In this document: piece by piece, positions 18,635-26,895 of the stretch
Layout of the letters: each line of letters starts with the position of its first letter
Position numbering within the stretch: the first letter of the stretch is position 1
From: an uncultured bacterium
GTDB lineage: Bacteria; Planctomycetota; Phycisphaerae; SM23-33; FEN-1343
Reading direction: 5' to 3'
DNA length: 54,874 nt
Assembly: GCA_965372365.1 (NCBI GenBank)
Contig: CBDVCA010000003.1
Span: 1 to 54,874, forward strand
Made by a program: the position numbers and the translations under genes
Notes under the pieces: generated by a model
Database searches by the model: none
What the model was told of the DNA's origin: nothing
The model's input: only the letters and a program-made list of their open reading frames with translations

Positions 18635-19725
18635 GATCCCCCGCCGGCCGATTCCAGCAGTGCGATAACGCCCAGCACCCCCAGGCACTGGCCGGCCAGC
18701 AGCATCGCGGCCCACTCGGGCACGTGAGGCAGCAGGATCGCCGAGATGCCCGTTACGGCCGTGCACAGGTAAATCGTCAGCACCGCCGCCGGAACCGACA
18801 TGCCGCGGGCCACGAGTCGATGCGAGAAGTGACACGTGTCGCCGACCATCGGGTGACGGCCTTCACGGATTCGAATGAACATCACGCTGGTGAAGTCGTA
18901 CAGCGGCACCGCCAGCAGGATCAGCGGAACCAGCACCCCGTACATTCGATGCATCCCCGGCGAGGTGGGGTCGTAATACGTGGTCAGCATGCTGAGCACG
19001 GCCAGCAGGAACCCCAGCACGAGGCTGCCGGCGTCGCCCATGTAGATTCGCGCCGGGTGGAAGTTGAACACCAGGAACCCGGCGGTGGCGCCGATGAGCA
19101 GGCAAAGCCAGCCTGCGACGAACAACTGCCCGATCGTCGCCGCGGCCGCCAGCAGGGCGATGGAGACGACCAGGGTCACTCCGGCGGCCAGACCGTCCAT
19201 ATTGTCCAGAAAGTTCATGGCGTTCATGATAATCAGCATCCACAGGACGCTGACCATCGTCGTCCACGGTTCGCCGAGCATCGTGAGGATTCGCAGATCG
19301 GCCGCCATCACCACGCCGCCGGCGACGGCGATCTGGACGACGAGTTTGAGCCATGGCCCCAATCCCCGCCAGTCGTCGATCAGGCCCAGTACGCATAGGA
19401 TCGCGGCTCCGGCCAGAATCGTCAGCGCCATCGGGGCTCGTGAGGCCGCGCCGGCGATGTGAATGGCGACCGATCCGGGGAGCCAGTCGGGCGCGCCTTC
19501 GGCGGCCCACACCGCTGCGACGGCCATGGCCAGGATGCTGGGCATGAGGATGGCCAGTACGATCGCCACGCCGCCGCCGAGGGGGGTGGGTGTGGCTCCG
19601 AACCGGTCCTTGGCCGGCGACGCGACCAACCCGGTGCGGATCGCCAGTTGACGCACAATGGGGATGGCCAGCATGGCGAGGCCCATCGAAACTGCGATTG
19701 TCGCCAGGGCGATCCAGATATACAT
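18631..19725 (-). CDS. MraY/WecA-family polyprenyl-phosphate N-acetylhexosamine-1-phosphate transferase
   Basis: 364-aa polytopic ORF. NAMNFLDNMDGLAAG and IYMGDAGSLVLGF are family signatures. Confidence 0.85.
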   Translation of the reverse strand: MYIWIALATIAVSMGLAMLAIPIVRQLAIRTGLVASPAKDRFGATPTPLGGGVAIVLAILMPSILAMAVAAVWAAEGAPDWLPGSVAIHIAGAASRAPMALTILAGAAILCVLGLIDDWRGLGPWLKLVVQIAVAGGVVMAADLRILTMLGEPWTTMVSVLWMLIIMNAMNFLDNMDGLAAGVTLVVSIALLAAAATIGQLFVAGWLCLLIGATAGFLVFNFHPARIYMGDAGSLVLGFLLAVLSMLTTYYDPTSPGMHRMYGVLVPLILLAVPLYDFTSVMFIRIREGRHPMVGDTCHFSHRLVARGMSVPAAVLTIYLCTAVTGISAILLPHVPEWAAMLLAGQCLGVLGVIALLESAGGGS

Positions 19726-19752
19726 AAGCGTGCCTTTACGTTGCGATCGGTC

Positions 19753-20298
19753 TCATTCGGCGCCCGTTCGGGTGGTCTGTTCTTTCAGTCGCAGGCGGGC
19801 GGCGTTCAGGAAAGCATCATACCGGCCGCTGCCGTAGTCGGGAAAGGTCCAGGGCAAGCTTTCCCATTTTCCGCTGTGGTACTGCATCGTCACTTCGGCG
19901 TAAATGCCGTCGGCCAGGTAGATCCGATGCGCGAAATCCTTCGCACTGGCCAGCACCAGCTTGGCCAACTCGACGTACCCGGGATCGATGTTCACCGGCC
20001 GGGGGGCGTCGGTAAAGCGTTCGGCGAGTTCGTCTTCCAATTGGTTGGTACGCTTCTTGATCGGCGCCAGTTCGTCCGGCGTAATCAGCCGATCGAAGGC
20101 CAGAAATTGCCGCAGCAGGGCCGGTCCCATTTCCGATCGGTAGTAGTCGGTGAAGGTGAACGGGATCACCTCCCCGGCGATGTCGACGGAGCCGTACAGC
20201 GCCTCCAGCATCGCTCGGGCGTCGTCCAGCCATTGGGTTCTGGCGGCCAGGAGGCCGACGATCAGCTTGGCTTGCTTGGGTTGTCGGATTTCGGCCAT
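19753..20298 (-). CDS. DUF4416 family protein
   Basis: 181-aa ORF. FTDYYRSEMG...VNIDPGYV...KLVLASAKDFAHRIYL fits DUF4416. Confidence 0.7.
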   Translation of the reverse strand: MAEIRQPKQAKLIVGLLAARTQWLDDARAMLEALYGSVDIAGEVIPFTFTDYYRSEMGPALLRQFLAFDRLITPDELAPIKKRTNQLEDELAERFTDAPRPVNIDPGYVELAKLVLASAKDFAHRIYLADGIYAEVTMQYHSGKWESLPWTFPDYGSGRYDAFLNAARLRLKEQTTRTGAE

Positions 20299-20307
20299 GG
20301 CGGGGTC

Positions 20308-21426
20308 TTACTCGTTGGCGGCGGGGTAGAGCCGCCGGTTCCACTGGGCGGCCTTGTCGGTGAAGTCGCCGGCGACGATTGCCGCGCGAATGGCCGCGAC
20401 GAACTGGGCGAAGAACGTGATATTGTGAATGCTCAGCAGCATCGGTCCGAGCATCTCTTTGGCCATGAACAGATGGCGGATCGTGCCGCGGCTGTACTGG
20501 CGGCACGCCAGGCACGGACAATCCTCATCCAGCGGCCGCGTGTCGCGGGTATGGACGGCGTTCCGCAGTCGTAGCGGGCCGCCCCACGTGTAGGCGTAGG
20601 CGTTGCGGCCGTTGCGGGTGGGCAGTACGCAGTCGAACATATCGACGCCGCGTGCGATGGCCCCGAGCATATCGCGGGGCTCACCGACGCCCATCAGATA
20701 CCTGGGCTTGGAGCGAGGGAATTGCCCGTCGATGGGCTCGAGCGTTTTCATCATCGCCTCATGGCCCTCGCCGACCGAAAGCCCGCCGATGGCGTAGCCG
20801 GGCAGGTCCAGCGGGACGATTCGTTCGGCCGAACGGGCGCGCAGATCGTCGTACACCCCTCCCTGCTGGATGCCGAACAGCGCCTGGTCGTCGCGCGTCT
20901 TGGCGGCCTGGCACCGCTTGGCCCAGTCGCCCGACCGTCGCACCGCTTCGGCGACGTCGTCGTGGGACGCGTCGTGGGGCGGGCACACGTCCAGTTGCAT
21001 CATCACGTCGGCGCCGAGGGCTTGCTGCACTTGGACGGCCCGCTCGGGGGTGAGGTCGATCTGCGAGCCGTCGATGTGGCTTTGGAACGTGACGCCCCGG
21101 TCGTCGATCTTCCGCAGCTTGGCCAGACTGAACACCTGGTAGCCGCCGCTGTCGGTGAGGATGGGTCCGTCCCAGGCCATCATGGCGTGAACGCCGCCGA
21201 GATCGGCCACGACCTCGGGGCCGGGCCGCCCCAGCAGGTGGTACGTGTTGGCCAGGATCATCTGCGAGCCGGTCGCCGCCGCGTGGTCGGCCGTGACGCC
21301 CTTGATCGTCGCGCACGTGCCGACCGGCATGAAGGTCGGGGTGTCTACAACGCCATGGGGGGTGTGGAAGCGTCCGACCCTCGCGGCCGAGTCGCTGTCT
21401 GAATGTAGAGTTTCGAATTCGAACAT
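20308..21426 (-). CDS. tgt: Queuine tRNA-ribosyltransferase
   Basis: 372-aa ORF. ARVGRFHTPHGVVDTPTFMPVGT, LTDSGGYQVFSL and the zinc site DEDCPCLACRQYSRGTIRHL. Confidence 0.95.
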   Translation of the reverse strand: MFEFETLHSDSDSAARVGRFHTPHGVVDTPTFMPVGTCATIKGVTADHAAATGSQMILANTYHLLGRPGPEVVADLGGVHAMMAWDGPILTDSGGYQVFSLAKLRKIDDRGVTFQSHIDGSQIDLTPERAVQVQQALGADVMMQLDVCPPHDASHDDVAEAVRRSGDWAKRCQAAKTRDDQALFGIQQGGVYDDLRARSAERIVPLDLPGYAIGGLSVGEGHEAMMKTLEPIDGQFPRSKPRYLMGVGEPRDMLGAIARGVDMFDCVLPTRNGRNAYAYTWGGPLRLRNAVHTRDTRPLDEDCPCLACRQYSRGTIRHLFMAKEMLGPMLLSIHNITFFAQFVAAIRAAIVAGDFTDKAAQWNRRLYPAANE

Positions 21427-21543
21427 CTATGCTAACATACCTGAGCCCAAAGACCTGAACAAGGAATCTGCCGAAGGAGACGCCGGGTATGGAGCGAACC
21501 GTCAATATGATCGAGGGTTTCATGTGGATTGCAATCGTCAATC

Positions 21544-22827
21544 TCAATAGACCCTGGTGATCCTGGCGCCGGGGAAGTAGGCGTAGAGGATTTCGTGGTA
21601 TTTCAAGCCGCGTCGGGCCTTGCCTTCGGCTCCGTATTGGCACAGGCCGACGCTGTGGCCGAATCCTCTACCGTCGGAGAAGACCAGTTCGGCGCCGGTA
21701 TCGGTGAGCGTGCAGCTCATGCTGTAGACGCCCTTGGCGGCCGGAACGCCGGACATCAGCAGCGCCAGTCGCAGGTCGTCGGCCCGAATGCGTTCGACGC
21801 GGCCGTCGCGAGCGGTCACCTCCAACCACTGCGGCCGGCCCCACGGGGTGGAGGCGGAGACGGTGACGCTCTTCAGCGGTCTCATCGCGGCAATCTTCTT
21901 GTAGCGCCGCGCCAGAGCGGCGAAGGCGTCGCTGTGGGCGATTCGCACCGTCGGCCATCGATAGCGGCCGGAAAAGACGCAGTCGTTGCATACGACGCCG
22001 CCGGCGAGGGGGCGGACGATTTCGCCTTGAGGCTCCAGGCCTTGGGCGGGGGTGGTTGCGCCGCCGCAGCAGGAGCTGTAGTAGGTTTTGAAGACGCGCT
22101 CGGCGCCCTTGGGGCCGACGGTCATCACGAACCCCCACGTGGCCCGCACGGCCGCGAGGCTCTTGGCGGTCTCGTCTTTGACGCCGCCGTAGACCTGGCT
22201 CCGCTGGTCGGCGTACACGTCGAAACTGCGCCTGCGGCCAATGTGGGTTATCTCGTACATCGCGTACGTTCGGGCGGCCACCGCCAACGTCTTGTAGGTT
22301 TCGACGCCCCAGCCGCGCAAAAGTTCACGGGCCAATACGCCGGCGAGATAGTGCTCCATCGGCACGTGGTTGTTGACGGTGAGTTTCGCCGGGTCGGAGG
22401 CGACTTCGCCCATGTGCAGCTCGCCGCGGTACATGCGGCCGTTGCAGCCGACCAGCCCGCCAGCTCGGGTCGATTGGAGTTTGAGCGCCCCGGCGCCGAT
22501 GGGCCGATCGTTGAAGATCCATACGCCGGCGTCGCGCCATAGCTTACCCGCAGCCAAGCCGGCGCCGGAGGCGACCTGGCGATCATCGAGTGTGAGGCGG
22601 TAGGGGCCGTCGCTGCTGAGCGTTACGATGTTGATTGCATCGATCAGTCGCACCCGGATCACGCTCGGCGACGTCGGAAGCGGCGATGGGCCGGGTCTGG
22701 CGGCCCTCGGCGACCGATGCATGCAACTGGCGACGACACCCGCCCCGACCACAACGGCGGCGATCAGCACGACGATGGTGATCGCCGAACGTCTATGTCC
22801 GCGGCCAAGGAGGAAGCGTCTGCCCAT
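21544..22827 (-). CDS. SpoIID/LytB domain protein
   Basis: ORF 21544..22893. ATG at 22827 is preceded by GGGAGA and gives a signal anchor. YLAGVLARELLRGWGVETYKTLAVAARTYAMY, QVYGG and YYSSCCGGATT are SpoIID motifs. Confidence 0.85.
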   Translation of the reverse strand: MGRRFLLGRGHRRSAITIVVLIAAVVVGAGVVASCMHRSPRAARPGPSPLPTSPSVIRVRLIDAINIVTLSSDGPYRLTLDDRQVASGAGLAAGKLWRDAGVWIFNDRPIGAGALKLQSTRAGGLVGCNGRMYRGELHMGEVASDPAKLTVNNHVPMEHYLAGVLARELLRGWGVETYKTLAVAARTYAMYEITHIGRRRSFDVYADQRSQVYGGVKDETAKSLAAVRATWGFVMTVGPKGAERVFKTYYSSCCGGATTPAQGLEPQGEIVRPLAGGVVCNDCVFSGRYRWPTVRIAHSDAFAALARRYKKIAAMRPLKSVTVSASTPWGRPQWLEVTARDGRVERIRADDLRLALLMSGVPAAKGVYSMSCTLTDTGAELVFSDGRGFGHSVGLCQYGAEGKARRGLKYHEILYAYFPGARITRVY

Positions 22828-22941
22828 CACGGTCGATTCTCCCAACGCGAGTGCTCCGGCAGGGCGGCGTAGCCCGCCTGCTCCAGCCATCATACCCTGT
22901 CGGGGCGGCTCGCCACAGAAGATATGTGACGAGCCAAGCGA

Positions 22942-25900
22942 TTACGCTTCGGCGTCGCCTTGGGTCGACCTCCTGAGGCCACGCCACAGCCGTTTGGGGC
23001 CCATTCGGGCGCCCCGGTAGACGCGCAACCATAGCGGGGTCCGGGTGGGGGCGTCGCCATCGCGGCCGCGGGGCAGTCGCAGTTCGCGAACCCAGCAATA
23101 CAGTACGGGCACGACCAGCATGGTGAGGATTTCGACGGTCATGCCGCCGAAGGAGGGGATGGCCATGGGGATCATCACATCGGCGCCGCGGCCGGTGGAG
23201 GTGAGCACGGGGATCAGGGCCAGGATCGTTGTGGCCGTCGTCATCAGGCACGGCCTGACGCGTCGGGAGCCGGCGGCGAGCGTGGCCTGGCGGATCTCAG
23301 CGACAGTGTCGGGATTGCGTTTGGCGAACGACTGGCCCAGGTACGTCGCCATCACAACGCCGTCGTCGGTGGCGATGCCGAACAGGGCCAGGAACCCGAC
23401 CCACACGGCCACCGACATCTTGATCGGATGGATCGCAAACAGATCGCGCATGTTCACGCCGAAGACCGAGAAGTTCAGGAACCAGTCGGTTCCGTACAGG
23501 CCCAGCAGCAGGAACCCGCCTCCCCATGCGACGAAGATTCCGCAGAAGACCAACAGCGTGGTCGAGGTCGATTTGAACTGGAAGTACAGGATCATGAAGA
23601 TCACGAACAGCGCCACGGCCATCACGAGGTAGAGCCGCTTCTGCTGGCGGGTGTATTCGCTCACGCTCTTGCCGGCGACAACGTATCGCAGCGACGTGCC
23701 CGCCGGCAGCACCAGGTCTCCGGAGGCGATCTTCGCGTCCACATAGCGGCGGCACTGCTCGATCACCTCGACTTCGCCGAATTCGTCGCGACCGTCGAAG
23801 ATGACGTTGCCGACCTTCAGGCCTTCCTCACGCTTGATCATCTGCGGGCCGGCCTCGTAGCGAATCTCGACCAACTCGCCCATGGGGATCTGGGCCTCGG
23901 TTGCGGTGGGAACCAGGACCCGGCTGAGCGTTTCGACCTCGTTTCGGAGTTCACGCAGGTACCGCACGCGAACGGGGAATCGCATCTGGCCCTCCACGGT
24001 GGTGGTGACGGTCTTGCCGCCGACGGCCATCTCGACCACGTTGAGCAGATCGTTGGCGTTGACGTTGAATCGCGCCATCGCCTTTCGAGCCGCCGGCGAG
24101 GTCGTGTCGATCACCAGATACGGCTTGGCCACTTGGCGATCGGCGATGACCGTGTCGGCGTTGACGGAGGGGACCTGTTTGAGAATCCGTTCCAGTTGGA
24201 TGCCGACCGCTTCGATGTCTTTGAGATTGACGCCGAGGATCTTCAGACCGATCTTGGACTTCATGCCGCTTTGGAGCATGATGCGTCGCGTTTCGATCGG
24301 TTGCAGGCGGGGCGCCGAGGACAGGCCCACGAACCTGCCGGCGCGTCTGATTTCGTTCCAGATGTCCTTGGGCGATTTGATCTGGGGCCGCCACTGGCGG
24401 AAGGGGCGTCCGTGAGAATCGGGGATAAGCCGGCCTTCGGCGTCGAGGGCGAAATCGCCGGCCGCGTCGTCGTACCGGTAGCGCAACCGTCGGCCGTCGA
24501 TATCGGTGATGTATTCGCTCTTGTAGTTGATGACCGTCTCGACCATCGACAGCGGCGCCGGGTCCAGCGGCGAATCGACGCGACCGACTTTGCCGACGAC
24601 CATGTCGACTTCGGGGATCGCCCGGAACGCCCGGCCCTGCATCGACAGGTAGTCGGTGGCGGCGCCGATGGAGCCGTGGGAACTGATCGACGGCATCCAG
24701 AGGAACGAGCCCTCGTCGAGCGGGGGCATTTCTTCGTTCTGCAGGCCCGGCAACGCCCGACTCGCCCGGCCCCACCAGTCGGTCTCACGCAGCGACGCCT
24801 CCGACAGCCCCACCAGCGAACCCGCTTTGGCGGCCGGTGCGGCGACGGTGTCGAAGCCGAGCCAGATCATGGCGCCGAGGATGATCAGCAGGACCGGCGC
24901 TGTCAGGAATAGCAGTTTGTGGTTGAGGCACCAGCGGAGGATCGTGGGGTAGGCCCATTGGAACAGGCGGAAGAACGCCAGCAGAACGCCGATCAACGCG
25001 GCGACGAAGATGAGGTTCCGCGTCATCCCTCGCTCGGCGCCCAACGGCTCCCAGTGCCGCGTCAGCAGAACGCCGACGAACGTCACCGCGGCCAGGCCGA
25101 TCAGGATATGCAGCGATGCGTTGAGCCGGCGGGGGAGACGTTCCTTGGTCAGGTGGTATACCCCGAACACCGCCATGGCGGCGGCGACCCACCACGTCAT
25201 CGCGAACCCGGCAACGACCCCCGCCCCGGCCAGGAGCACCACCAGTAACTTGCGCGCTCGGCGCCCGGAGAATCGCTTGCCCAACAGGATGTACGCGGCC
25301 GGGGGGATCAGCGTTAGCGCCACCAGAACCGCGGCGATCAGGGCGAAGGTCTTGGTGTAGGCCAACGGGCGGAACAGTTTGCCGCGTTCGCCGGTCATCG
25401 TCAGCACCGGCAGGAAGCCCACGACGGTGGTCATCACCGCCGTCAGTACGGCGCCGCCGACTTCGACGGCCGCGCGATAAATCACTTCCAGGCGCGACTC
25501 GCCTTCGCCGGCTTCATCGAGATGGCGAAGAATGTTCTCGCAGATCACGATCCCCATGTCGACCATGGTGCCGATGGCGATGGCGATGCCCGACAGGGCG
25601 ACGATGTTGGCGTCGACGCCGAAGGTCTTCATCGCGATGAAGCATATCAGCACGGCCACCGGCAGCAGCGAGCCGATTAAGAGGCTGGTTCGCAGGTGCA
25701 TCACCATGAGCACCACGACGATGACCGTGATGAGAATTTCGTCCCACAGAGCGCGCTGAAGCGTGCCGAGCGTTTCGTAGATCAGCCCCGTGCGGTCGTA
25801 GAACGGCACGATCGTCACGCGCGAGACGGTTCCGTCTTCGAGCGTTTTGACCGGCAGGCCGGGGGCGATCTGGTCGATCCGGGCCTTGACGTTCTTGATG

Positions 25901-26895
25901 ACTTCCAGAGGATTCTCGCCGAACGCCGCCACCACGACCCCGCCGACCGCCCCGGCGCCGTCCTTATCGAGCGCCCCTCGTCGCAACGCCGGGCCGGTGG
26001 TGACGGTGGCGATATGTTTGATGAGCACCGGGACGTCGTCTCGCACGGTCACCACGGCCTCTGCGATATCGTCGACGCTCTTGATGTACCCGACGCCGCG
26101 AACGAAGTACTCCACCTGGTTCAGCTCGATCGTCTTGGCCCCCACGTCGCGGTTGGAGGCTCGCACGGCTCGCCACACCTGTTGGATGGTTACGCCGTAC
26201 GATCGCATCGCGTCGGGGTCGACGTCGACTTGATATTCGCGGACGAACCCGCCGATCGAGGCCACTTCACCTACGCCCCCGGCGGCCATCAGATGAAAAC
26301 GAATAATCCAGTCCTGGCACGTCCGCAACTCTTCGAGGTCCCACCCGCCGGCCGGCCGACCGTCTTGGTCGCGGCCTTCGAGGGTGTACCAGAAGACTTG
26401 GCCCAGCGACGTGGCCTCCGGCCCTAATTTTGGCTTGACGCCCTCGGGGTAGTCGCGCCCCTCGCTGAGGCTGGTGAGTTTCTCCAGCAGCCGGCTGCGG
26501 GAGTCGCTGAACGGGACGTCGTCGCCGAAGATGACGTAGATTGACGAGAATCCGAACATCGACGTGCTGCGTACGCTCTTGACGCCCGAAACGTTCAGCA
26601 TCGCCGCGCTGAGCGGGTAGGTGATCTGGTCGTCCACCTCCTGCGGCGATTGGCCGGGCCACTCGGTGAAGACGATCTGCTGATTGGCGCCCGTGTCGGG
26701 GATGGCGTCGACGGGCACGGGGTCTTGCGGCAGCAGGCGGATATCCCAATTGAACGGGGCGACCATCAGCCCCCATCCCAGAATAAACACCAACGCCAGC
26801 ACGACCATCAGTCGGTTGGTCATGCAGAATCGCATGAGCCGGGCGAGGGACGATTCGCCTTCGATCGGCGGGATCTCATCGAGCCGGTCACTCAT
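22942..26895 (-). CDS. Heavy-metal efflux RND permease, CusA/CzcA family, unusually long (1317 aa)
   Basis: Collinear with CusA-type pumps (FCMTNRLMVVLALVFILGWG..., DVGAKTIELNQVEYFVRGVGY, LDPAPLSMVETVI...). Extra hydrophobic block at residues ~545-648 and an insertion in the second periplasmic loop. Confidence 0.88.
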   Translation of the reverse strand: MSDRLDEIPPIEGESSLARLMRFCMTNRLMVVLALVFILGWGLMVAPFNWDIRLLPQDPVPVDAIPDTGANQQIVFTEWPGQSPQEVDDQITYPLSAAMLNVSGVKSVRSTSMFGFSSIYVIFGDDVPFSDSRSRLLEKLTSLSEGRDYPEGVKPKLGPEATSLGQVFWYTLEGRDQDGRPAGGWDLEELRTCQDWIIRFHLMAAGGVGEVASIGGFVREYQVDVDPDAMRSYGVTIQQVWRAVRASNRDVGAKTIELNQVEYFVRGVGYIKSVDDIAEAVVTVRDDVPVLIKHIATVTTGPALRRGALDKDGAGAVGGVVVAAFGENPLEVIKNVKARIDQIAPGLPVKTLEDGTVSRVTIVPFYDRTGLIYETLGTLQRALWDEILITVIVVVLMVMHLRTSLLIGSLLPVAVLICFIAMKTFGVDANIVALSGIAIAIGTMVDMGIVICENILRHLDEAGEGESRLEVIYRAAVEVGGAVLTAVMTTVVGFLPVLTMTGERGKLFRPLAYTKTFALIAAVLVALTLIPPAAYILLGKRFSGRRARKLLVVLLAGAGVVAGFAMTWWVAAAMAVFGVYHLTKERLPRRLNASLHILIGLAAVTFVGVLLTRHWEPLGAERGMTRNLIFVAALIGVLLAFFRLFQWAYPTILRWCLNHKLLFLTAPVLLIILGAMIWLGFDTVAAPAAKAGSLVGLSEASLRETDWWGRASRALPGLQNEEMPPLDEGSFLWMPSISSHGSIGAATDYLSMQGRAFRAIPEVDMVVGKVGRVDSPLDPAPLSMVETVINYKSEYITDIDGRRLRYRYDDAAGDFALDAEGRLIPDSHGRPFRQWRPQIKSPKDIWNEIRRAGRFVGLSSAPRLQPIETRRIMLQSGMKSKIGLKILGVNLKDIEAVGIQLERILKQVPSVNADTVIADRQVAKPYLVIDTTSPAARKAMARFNVNANDLLNVVEMAVGGKTVTTTVEGQMRFPVRVRYLRELRNEVETLSRVLVPTATEAQIPMGELVEIRYEAGPQMIKREEGLKVGNVIFDGRDEFGEVEVIEQCRRYVDAKIASGDLVLPAGTSLRYVVAGKSVSEYTRQQKRLYLVMAVALFVIFMILYFQFKSTSTTLLVFCGIFVAWGGGFLLLGLYGTDWFLNFSVFGVNMRDLFAIHPIKMSVAVWVGFLALFGIATDDGVVMATYLGQSFAKRNPDTVAEIRQATLAAGSRRVRPCLMTTATTILALIPVLTSTGRGADVMIPMAIPSFGGMTVEILTMLVVPVLYCWVRELRLPRGRDGDAPTRTPLWLRVYRGARMGPKRLWRGLRRSTQGDAEA

